A stretch of 64,000 nt of DNA from Alphaproteobacteria bacterium (GTDB taxonomy: Bacteria; Pseudomonadota; Alphaproteobacteria; CASFRQ01; SAAU01), in assembly GCA_009929265.1 (NCBI GenBank), contig SAAU01000003.1, positions 86,836-150,835 of the forward strand. The letters run 5' to 3'. Under the pieces are notes generated by a model. The model saw only the letters and a list, made by a program, of their open reading frames with translations. It did not search any database and had not been told where the DNA came from. Within the stretch, counting starts at the first letter, position 1. Each line of letters starts with the position of its first letter. Positions 50,293-58,005 of the stretch are shown here, piece after piece. A program made the position numbers and the translations under genes.

Positions 50293-51266
50293 TATGGCAA
50301 AGGAACCCTTTCAACTAAAATATCAATCAATTTGTCTGAGCTCCAGCCTTCGGCCTCAGCTTCAAAAGAGAGCAATATCCGATGACGCAATACATCATGA
50401 AGCACGCATCGCACATCCTCTGGCACAACGTAGTCTCGGCCCTCTAACCAAGCCTTTGCCCGAGAACATCTATCTAACGCAATCGTTCCACGCGGACTTG
50501 CCCCATAAGCAATAAGAGAGGGCAGTTCTTTTCCATAAGGAAGAGGCTTTCTTGTAGCCATAATAAATTGAACAATATATTCTTGAAGTTCCGGAGAAAG
50601 CGTGACGCCTAAAACCTCTTTTCTGCCTTTTAAAATCGCCTCTTCTGTCAGCTTTTTAAAAGGCTTTACTTCAAGTTCTAAGGCTTCATCTCTTACGATT
50701 TTAAGGATTTCTCTTTCCGCTTCAATTTCTGGGTAATCAATTTTAACATACATTAAAAATCTATCTAACTCGGCCTCTGGCAAAGCATAAGTGCCTTCTT
50801 GCTCAATTGGATTTTGTGTCGCAAGTGTTAAAAAAAGCTTGGGCAAAACATATGTCTTTCCCCCAACGGTAATTTGCTTTTCCCCCATAGCCTCCAACAA
50901 AGCAGATTGTACTTTTGCTGGAGCACGGTTAATTTCATCCACCAAAATTAAGTTATGAAATAAAGGGCCTTTTTGAAAAATAAACTCAGACGTTTGAGGA
51001 CGATACACCTCAGATCCAGTAATGTCAGAGGGCAACAAATCTGGTGTGAACTGTATCCTTTGAGAGGAACATTCAATCGCCTTTGATAAAATTTTAATAG
51101 CTTTTGTTTTGGCCAGCCCTGGCGCCCCTTCTACCAAAAGATGCCCATCGGCCAATAAAGCAATCAATAACCGATTGATAAGGGCTTTTTGTCCCACAAT
51201 ATTTTGATTCATATACGATTTAAGACGTAAAAATCCTTCTTGAATTGTTTCCATTAAATCCTCCAT
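50292..51266 (-). CDS. MoxR-family AAA+ ATPase
   Basis: Walker A is GAPGLAKTKA and Walker B is ILVDEINRA. The AAA lid region is ATQNPIEQEGTYALPEAELDRF. The start is ambiguous among 51308, 51266 (MEDLM) and 51254 (METIQ). Confidence 0.9.
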   Translation of the reverse strand: MEDLMETIQEGFLRLKSYMNQNIVGQKALINRLLIALLADGHLLVEGAPGLAKTKAIKILSKAIECSSQRIQFTPDLLPSDITGSEVYRPQTSEFIFQKGPLFHNLILVDEINRAPAKVQSALLEAMGEKQITVGGKTYVLPKLFLTLATQNPIEQEGTYALPEAELDRFLMYVKIDYPEIEAEREILKIVRDEALELEVKPFKKLTEEAILKGRKEVLGVTLSPELQEYIVQFIMATRKPLPYGKELPSLIAYGASPRGTIALDRCSRAKAWLEGRDYVVPEDVRCVLHDVLRHRILLSFEAEAEGWSSDKLIDILVERVPLP

Positions 51267-51325
51267 TAACTTCTTTTTTACTATAAGAAGTCTTTTTAAG
51301 AAAAGCAATTCTCTTTTTTAAAAAT

Positions 51326-52147
51326 CTACTCTAAAGGCGCCAATTCCTGCCCAAAAACAGGCTCGGAAAGCGGGGCGGCTTTCTCTTCATTTGAAAGAGG
51401 TGTTGCAGACAAAAATCCTTGTTCATTTTGATTATCGTTTGAGGTGGGGGTTGCCCCAAAAACAGGTGTTTCTTCCTTATTTTCAGAAGAAGAAACGGGC
51501 GTTGTTTCAAAAACCTGAGATTTATCCTCTCCCCCTTCTTCTTTTAAGAAAGAAGTTGAATTTAAAAGCACCTCGCCTTCCTTATTTTCAGCAGGTTCTA
51601 CATTTTCAATAGGAATTTCAACCTCGTTATCTTCCTCATCCACAAGATTTTCTTGTTCGTTTGAATCATTTTCTTGAGAAAGAGACGTTATTTCTTCATC
51701 CCCATTTTCTTGAGGAAGAGGGGTAATCCCCAAAGGCGATATGTTTTCTTCAGATGTTTCAACGACCTCATCTTCCGTCTCAAAACAATCCATCACCCAT
51801 AAATCATAAACAGGATTATCCATGGCAGAAAGGGCAGGATCGGACGAAAACATCCACCCTTTAAAAATCTGCTTTTCATTTTCATTTGGAAAACGGACAA
51901 AAACAGTTAAAAAGGCTTTATTTTCTGGAGCTTCTTCTGGGGGATTTTTATAACAAACTTCAGGATAGATAAACATATTTCCAAATTTAATTTCTGTCCC
52001 AACATCGGCTTCAAGAGTTGTAAAACGTCCTGTCACTTTATCCAAAGCCCTTAAAATAATCCTATCCGTTTTAATTTCATCGGCCTGAAGAGGGCTCATC
52101 ATTAAAAAAGAAAACAGACCACTTAAAAAAAGAACTTTTTTTAACAT
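51326..52147 (-). CDS. DUF2155 domain protein with long acidic C-terminal extension
   Basis: It has a signal peptide followed by a DUF2155-like core: ILRALDKVTGRFTTLEADVGTEIKFGNMFIYPEVCYKNPPEE...FKGWMFSSDPALSAM. About 150 aa of D/E/N/S/T-rich tail follow. Confidence 0.7.
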   Translation of the reverse strand: MLKKVLFLSGLFSFLMMSPLQADEIKTDRIILRALDKVTGRFTTLEADVGTEIKFGNMFIYPEVCYKNPPEEAPENKAFLTVFVRFPNENEKQIFKGWMFSSDPALSAMDNPVYDLWVMDCFETEDEVVETSEENISPLGITPLPQENGDEEITSLSQENDSNEQENLVDEEDNEVEIPIENVEPAENKEGEVLLNSTSFLKEEGGEDKSQVFETTPVSSSENKEETPVFGATPTSNDNQNEQGFLSATPLSNEEKAAPLSEPVFGQELAPLE

Positions 52148-52150
52148 TTC

Positions 52151-52588
52151 TTACTCCTGAAAAATAAGGTTTCCGATATGTTCTTCCAAAGATTTATAAC
52201 TTTTTGATTTTGTAATCCATTCATTTTCTTTTAGAATACGGCGGGAAATCCCCGGTTGAATTCGGATATATTTATTTCCCATAAGTCCACTATCCACAAC
52301 GGCAGCCATAGAATCCAAAGGAATCTTAATCCCTCTTTTAATAGAAAGAGTCGTTTTGACATTATAGGTTTCCGTTGAAAGATTCATATCCAAAACAGAT
52401 CCTACTTTAATTCCGTTAATACGGACATCGGCCCCTTTTTCAAGACCGCCCACTTTCCCAAAATCAACATAAATATGATACCCTTCAACAGGGGCAATAC
52501 TGACATGAGATGAAACGAAAAAAACAAAAAATGCTGTAAAAATAAGAACAGCAAGCCCTAAAATTGTTTCAACTGGATTTTTCTTCAT
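52151..52588 (-). CDS. MlaD/MCE-domain protein (outer-membrane lipid asymmetry family), paralog 1
   Basis: 145 aa with an N-terminal TM and then an MCE domain: GLEKGADVRINGIKVGSV... Confidence 0.8.
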   Translation of the reverse strand: MKKNPVETILGLAVLIFTAFFVFFVSSHVSIAPVEGYHIYVDFGKVGGLEKGADVRINGIKVGSVLDMNLSTETYNVKTTLSIKRGIKIPLDSMAAVVDSGLMGNKYIRIQPGISRRILKENEWITKSKSYKSLEEHIGNLIFQE

Positions 52589-52607
52589 TTAAGTTCCTCT
52601 TTTCATC

Positions 52608-53066
52608 CTATTTTTTCAATTTTGATGCAAATTTATCAATCAATTCATCAAGCAAAACAACATCTTGCTCATAACGCACAATATCTCCATTTTTAAGGGA
52701 TTCTTCTTCCCCCCCAGGGATAAGTTCCACATGTTTTTCACCAATCAGCCCATCCGTTTCAATGGAAGCAATCGTATCGATGGGAAGTTTAACCGGACGG
52801 TATAAGCTTAATTGCATTTTTACGCGATAGGCATCGGTCAGCTCTTGAGAAAGCACTTTTCCGACAGGAATTCCAGAAACCCGAACAACCGCCCCATCCA
52901 TTAACCCGTCTGCCTTTTTAAAACTTGCATATAAGCGAAAATCATCCCCTTGAGCAGCGTCTTTTTTCTTATGTGTATAGGAAAAAGCCACCCCAAAAAA
53001 CAACAGCAAAAAAGCAACTGTTCCCGTTAGGATTTCCTCCTTTTTCTGCGACATAAAGTGTTTCAT
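52608..53066 (-). CDS. MlaD/MCE-domain protein, paralog 2
   Basis: 152 aa with an N-terminal TM and then an MCE domain: GLMDGAVVRVSGIPVGKV...TDGLIGEKHVEL. Confidence 0.8.
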   Translation of the reverse strand: MKHFMSQKKEEILTGTVAFLLLFFGVAFSYTHKKKDAAQGDDFRLYASFKKADGLMDGAVVRVSGIPVGKVLSQELTDAYRVKMQLSLYRPVKLPIDTIASIETDGLIGEKHVELIPGGEEESLKNGDIVRYEQDVVLLDELIDKFASKLKK

Positions 53067-53111
53067 TTTCCCCTCTTTTTTGACTTATTTTGGTTGAAAT
53101 AAATGGATTTG

Positions 53112-54482
53112 TCAATCTCTCTTTTTTAAGATAAATTGCACTTTTCCATTTCCTCTTAAGTCCGAAAGCCCTTGACAGGTTGTTTTTGTGCAAAGAAAGC
53201 TATTTATCCTTTCCGTTGCGATAGAATCCTCTTTTGTAAATCGTTCTTGAGCCCGTTTAAGAAGTGCTCGTTTCAAAGAGACTCCTTCTAAAAGAACATC
53301 TTGTCCCACTTTCATCCCTTCATAAAACCCAAACATTCCAGAGACAGAAGAAGCGAAACTTCTCTCAAGACGTTTATCAACAAAAATCATTGTCATTAGG
53401 CAAGAAGATTTATTTTCATCAAGGCCCACAACCTCTGGCAAAAAAGTATTAAACTTATCTAAATAGGTACCAAGACCAAACATTTTTCCTTGAGAAAGCG
53501 CGCAAGAAACAATCATTCCAGATTTATCCTGCACCACAAAACCGGTGCCTTCCGCCTTTGTTGAAAGAGGATAAATATCCCCCTGTCCATAAGAATCTAA
53601 AACTTCATTAGCCTTCCGTTGCTCTTTATATGAGGAGGAGGTTAAGGCCTTTAAAAGAATACTTCCTGCTTCTCCTGAAATTTGTTCATTTTGCAAGAAA
53701 AAGATTCCTTTACTTGTCTCTATTCTTTTTGAAGGAAGGATTTGAGGCTTATAATTTTTTAAGGAGTCTTCATTTAGAGCATATCCTTTTTTCAATGCTT
53801 CTTTTAAGAAAAGCTGCGCCATTTCTCCATTATATAAAACACCCGTTCCATTTTGTTGAAGCTGTTTTAGAAAATAAATTTTTCCTTTATTTTCCAAAGG
53901 CTTATTCATAACTTCTCCCACTTCAGAAGAAAATAAAGACGCATTAAATTGGGACGCCTTTTCAAAAAGAGCTAAATCTTTTTTAGAAAGCAAAGAAACC
54001 TCTTTTTCTTTGGCCGCATCAAGGGCTGAATTTAAAACTTCTTTCCAAGATTTTCGCCCGTATCTAGCCTGCATTTTAAAGGCCCCTCTTGGCAAAGATG
54101 GAATCCCTACCCCAACATCAGGAGAAAAAGGTTTTGATGTAAAATCAACCGTCAAAGCCGTCTCTTTTTTAGGAAAATAAACCTGACAAACACCGCCGCC
54201 TAATAAACTGACCCTTGAAGGGGCCACGACCCCCAAATGAAACATCATCGCCACAGAAGCATCAACCGCATTACCCCCTTTTTCCAAAATTTTCGTTCCA
54301 ACATCTGTTGAACTTTGAACATCAGAAACAATAAGACCTTCTTGTGTTTTTGTTTTGACAGAAATAAGCTCTGAAGAACCTTCTTCTACAAAAGTTTTTT
54401 GACATGACACTAAAAAAAGCATCATACTTGAAAGCAGGATTTGACGAAACATCATTTTTTTATTACTCTTTTTAAAAAACAT
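53112..54482 (-). CDS. Divergent, short gamma-glutamyltranspeptidase-family lipoprotein
   Basis: 456 aa. The lipobox is FLVSC. The GGT N-terminal motif is ILEKGGNAVDASVAMMFHLGVVAPSRVSLLGGG. The candidate autoprocessing site is AEGTGFVVQDKSGMIVSCALS. Confidence 0.6.
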   Translation of the reverse strand: MFFKKSNKKMMFRQILLSSMMLFLVSCQKTFVEEGSSELISVKTKTQEGLIVSDVQSSTDVGTKILEKGGNAVDASVAMMFHLGVVAPSRVSLLGGGVCQVYFPKKETALTVDFTSKPFSPDVGVGIPSLPRGAFKMQARYGRKSWKEVLNSALDAAKEKEVSLLSKKDLALFEKASQFNASLFSSEVGEVMNKPLENKGKIYFLKQLQQNGTGVLYNGEMAQLFLKEALKKGYALNEDSLKNYKPQILPSKRIETSKGIFFLQNEQISGEAGSILLKALTSSSYKEQRKANEVLDSYGQGDIYPLSTKAEGTGFVVQDKSGMIVSCALSQGKMFGLGTYLDKFNTFLPEVVGLDENKSSCLMTMIFVDKRLERSFASSVSGMFGFYEGMKVGQDVLLEGVSLKRALLKRAQERFTKEDSIATERINSFLCTKTTCQGLSDLRGNGKVQFILKKRD

Positions 54483-54517
54483 CTTCTTTCTCTTTTTTAA
54501 GCTTTAAGGAACCTCTC

Positions 54518-55846
54518 TTGAAACACCTTTTAAATATCTTTATTTTTTTAAGCTTACTGCTTTTTTCTCTTAAAGGAGAGGCTTCTTCTTTTTCTATCAT
54601 AAAAGACACCGAAATTGAAGAAATTCTTTTAAATTACGTGAAAGAAATTTGGAAAAGCGCACATCTTTCAACAAAAGGGGTTCAGGTTATTCTTCTTAAC
54701 GATAAGGATATCAATGCCTTTGTAATTGGAGGACATGAAATTTTTATTCATACCGGCCTGATTTTGGAGTCCGACTCTGCTGATGAAGTTGCGGGCGTTT
54801 TGGCCCACGAAACAGGTCATATTTTAGGGAGCCATACGTCAAGAGCTTCACTTCAAATGAAATCTGCACAAAAAACAGTCCTTTTTACCACTCTTTTGGG
54901 AGGCCTTGCCGCTGCCCTTTCTGGACGAGCCGATGTCGGAATTGCCTTAATGGCAGGCGGCTCTGAAACGGGTATGTCTACCTATAGCGCCTACAGAAGA
55001 TCTGAGGAAAAATTAGCCGATAGCACCGCGATTTCCTTGCTTCAAAAAACCTCGTTTTCGCCATTAGGTTTCCTCAATATTATGAAGAAAATCAATCAAG
55101 TTGAAAAACTTTCTGTTTCCAAAACTTCGCGTTCTTATCTGCGGCAACATCCTATAACTTCCGAAAGAATTATCGCTCTTAAAAATCAGATGAAAGGCGA
55201 TGTTTCTCCTCTTAAAAAACGGGAAGATTTTGAAAGAATGAAAGCCAAACTTTTTGCTTTTTCATATGATGCCGAAAAGACTTTAGCCCGTTATTCTGGA
55301 GCTTCTTTTGCCGATAGATATGCGCAAGTAATTGCTTATTTTAAGCAAATTAACCTTGAAAAATCCCTCGCCCTTCTTGATTCTTTAATAAAAGAAGAGC
55401 CCGAAAATCCCTATCTTTATGAGCTTAAAGGGCAAATTCTTTTTGAAACAGGAAAAGCAAAAGACAGCCTGCCCTTTTGGGAAAAAGCACTTTTACTAAA
55501 ACCCGAGGCTTTCCTTATTCGAATGGAATATGTCCACGCTCTTTTAGAGCTTAACGAAAAGCCGTTTGCAAAAAAAGCCTTAACAGAGCTTTCCTATCTT
55601 TCAGCCTTTGCCCCAAAGATGCCTGAAATTTATAAATACTTCGCAACGGCCTACGATACACTTGGGCAAGAAGCAGATATCCCGCCTGTTATGGCCGAAT
55701 ATTATTTTTTGATTAAGGAATATGAAAAGGCTTTTTTGCTTTCTAAAAAAGCCCTTGAAACGCTCCCTCAAAAAAGTCCTTTGTGGTTTCGAATGAATGA
55801 TTTAAATGAAAGTGCAAAGAAACACATGTCCAAAAAAAATATCTAA
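54518..55846 (+). CDS. M48-family zinc metalloprotease with C-terminal TPR domain (BepA-like)
   Basis: 442 aa with a TTG start and a signal peptide. The HExxH motif is AHETGHILGSH. The C-terminal half is TPR-like. Confidence 0.85.
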   Translation: MKHLLNIFIFLSLLLFSLKGEASSFSIIKDTEIEEILLNYVKEIWKSAHLSTKGVQVILLNDKDINAFVIGGHEIFIHTGLILESDSADEVAGVLAHETGHILGSHTSRASLQMKSAQKTVLFTTLLGGLAAALSGRADVGIALMAGGSETGMSTYSAYRRSEEKLADSTAISLLQKTSFSPLGFLNIMKKINQVEKLSVSKTSRSYLRQHPITSERIIALKNQMKGDVSPLKKREDFERMKAKLFAFSYDAEKTLARYSGASFADRYAQVIAYFKQINLEKSLALLDSLIKEEPENPYLYELKGQILFETGKAKDSLPFWEKALLLKPEAFLIRMEYVHALLELNEKPFAKKALTELSYLSAFAPKMPEIYKYFATAYDTLGQEADIPPVMAEYYFLIKEYEKAFLLSKKALETLPQKSPLWFRMNDLNESAKKHMSKKNI

Positions 55847-58005
55847 GCATCTTCATCAATTCTTAAACGGAAGAATTCCATTGGATTTTTCTCTTTTCTC
55901 AAATCCATAATATATTTTGGAACATGTTTTGCGGGCGTCATTTTGGATTTCTTTTTATAAGTCTCATTTTTGAAAAATAAAGGAGTATCAGATGGAATAG
56001 GTCTATCTGCATGACCACTATAAATCAAAAGTTGCTTTTCAGGTTTCATTTTTAAAATACCACTTTTCCCAATGGCCCCGTCTTTATAACTGGAATATTT
56101 ATATTTTTTGGCAATTTGAAGATGATTAAACGGTAAATAGTCCTCTCCAATTGAATATTTTATCTTGGTTGTATCGCCCAAGCCTTTCATCATCTTATTT
56201 CTTGTATCAATATTATTGCACCGTTTTAAGATTTTGGCCCCCGGCATATTAAGCAAAACATCCGTTGTTTTTTCGCCATATTTTTTACTCAGTTGGTGCC
56301 AATCCTGGAACGTAAAGAAATAACTGTTCATCTTGCTTCGTCCAAAAACAAGCCCATCTGTAATTGATTTCAATACCGGCATATGTTGAAAATCATCCAA
56401 AAGAAAGGCTGTTGCAAACGGACCAAACCCTTTTTCATTTGGAGAAACGCTCATCAATTTTGACGAAACCAAGTTAATAAAAAGATTATTCAACATGGAA
56501 GCCGAAGAGCCCAAATCTTCATACGGCACAGATAGATAAATTGTAATTGGATAATATTGTTCTGTATTGACGTCTTGCAACCCTCTTAAATTTGAAAAGA
56601 CGATATCGTTCATACTTGTTCTTAACCGTGCAGAGGCACTTTTGAAAATATTTATCCCAGATAAAGCCATCGAGACAACAGACGCCCGTTGCTTATCAGG
56701 AAGCGTCAAAACCTGATTCAAATCCAACAACGTTAATCGGCCATAATTGTAATAGGCTGTCTCCAAAACCATTCCTGTAAAAATGGACTGCCAAACATCC
56801 ATTGAAGCAGCCGTTGAATCGCCCTTATCCCGACGCTCTTGAAGGGCTTTAGTTTCCTTTAATTGCCAGTTGTTAATCGTATCTACCATCATAGCAAAAC
56901 TAACATCATGACCTTGCCAATATTTTGGAATATGTTCCCAGGAGCCAATCGGCAAATAATTATCTATATTGATTTCCCGATGAAGTGTCCGTTTTAAAGC
57001 ATTTTGAACTTCAATCGTCTGCTTCATAGAGGCATAGTAAGAAGTTAACACCTCATAATCTTCCTCATCCAACTTTCCTGTTTGAAGACGAGACAAAAAA
57101 TAATCATTAGCTTTTGATTGTTCAACTTTATTGCAAATATAGGTTCCAATTCCGGACATACAATCTCGTCCAGCTTTCACCCAATAAGGATCTGTTCCCT
57201 CTGGACCATCTGGAATTAAAAATCCAATTATTTTAGTTAAATAGGCATTTCTTTTGGAAATCTTTGTTTCCAAATTTCCTGTCCCTAACGGATTCCAAGA
57301 AGGCCAGTATTCCCCTTTTTGCGGGTTATCAATAGCCGTCCATTTAAAATGGAAAACAGGGCCCAATGTCGAACGGTAGCCACTCGTCAGATTAAAAATC
57401 TCCCCTTTTGGATCATTGATAATGAGGCAAGATTTATCAAGTTCAAATACATTTGGAATAATAAGCCCTGTTGTTTTTCCAGAGCCTGAAGTTCCCATAC
57501 ATAAAACAGAACGCGCGTCAGGAAGGCGCATTTTTCGACCAAAAACCTTTCCTAAAAGAAGAAATTTTCCCTTATAAAGTCCCATTTGCTCAACGTCTTT
57601 TTCATTGGCTTCTCGCGCATCTCCAAAGAACATCGGGCGAAACTCATCGGGACAATTTAGGATATAATAATACACCGTCCAAATATAAATCCCCGTCGGA
57701 AGAAGGGGTAAATTCCAAGCAAAAAAGCTATTCCACGTGCGATGAATAATCCTTTCAAAAGCAAAAGAAGTCAGCCATAATTGATAAGATTTCAAAACCA
57801 AAAGCGGGGAAAAGAAGGCCTCTTTCATAAATAGGCGTGCCCGTGCGAAGGAAAGCGGCGTAAAGCCCTCCCTAATGATATTGCATAACGGAAGAAGGAA
57901 ATAAAGCACGCCCCAAAAGATAAAAAAGCCAATAAAGGCGCGAATCCCCACAAATTTTAGGGCTCTTCTTTTTGACGCATATATTGGATTTAGACGTAAT
58001 TTCAT
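55843..58005 (-). CDS. Type IV secretion coupling protein-like ATPase (VirD4/TraG family)
   Basis: 720 aa with two N-terminal TMs. The P-loop GTSGSGKT is at 57472-57495, within LCMGTSGSGKTTGLIIPNVFELDKSCLIINDPKGEIFNLTSGYR. This parallels VirD4 (PTRAGKGVGVVIPTLL..GS.I.LDVKGELFELTS). The Walker-B-like FLLDDFQHM is at 56389-56406, where VirD4 has FLLDEFKHLG. Confidence 0.8.
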   Translation of the reverse strand: MKLRLNPIYASKRRALKFVGIRAFIGFFIFWGVLYFLLPLCNIIREGFTPLSFARARLFMKEAFFSPLLVLKSYQLWLTSFAFERIIHRTWNSFFAWNLPLLPTGIYIWTVYYYILNCPDEFRPMFFGDAREANEKDVEQMGLYKGKFLLLGKVFGRKMRLPDARSVLCMGTSGSGKTTGLIIPNVFELDKSCLIINDPKGEIFNLTSGYRSTLGPVFHFKWTAIDNPQKGEYWPSWNPLGTGNLETKISKRNAYLTKIIGFLIPDGPEGTDPYWVKAGRDCMSGIGTYICNKVEQSKANDYFLSRLQTGKLDEEDYEVLTSYYASMKQTIEVQNALKRTLHREINIDNYLPIGSWEHIPKYWQGHDVSFAMMVDTINNWQLKETKALQERRDKGDSTAASMDVWQSIFTGMVLETAYYNYGRLTLLDLNQVLTLPDKQRASVVSMALSGINIFKSASARLRTSMNDIVFSNLRGLQDVNTEQYYPITIYLSVPYEDLGSSASMLNNLFINLVSSKLMSVSPNEKGFGPFATAFLLDDFQHMPVLKSITDGLVFGRSKMNSYFFTFQDWHQLSKKYGEKTTDVLLNMPGAKILKRCNNIDTRNKMMKGLGDTTKIKYSIGEDYLPFNHLQIAKKYKYSSYKDGAIGKSGILKMKPEKQLLIYSGHADRPIPSDTPLFFKNETYKKKSKMTPAKHVPKYIMDLRKEKNPMEFFRLRIDEDA

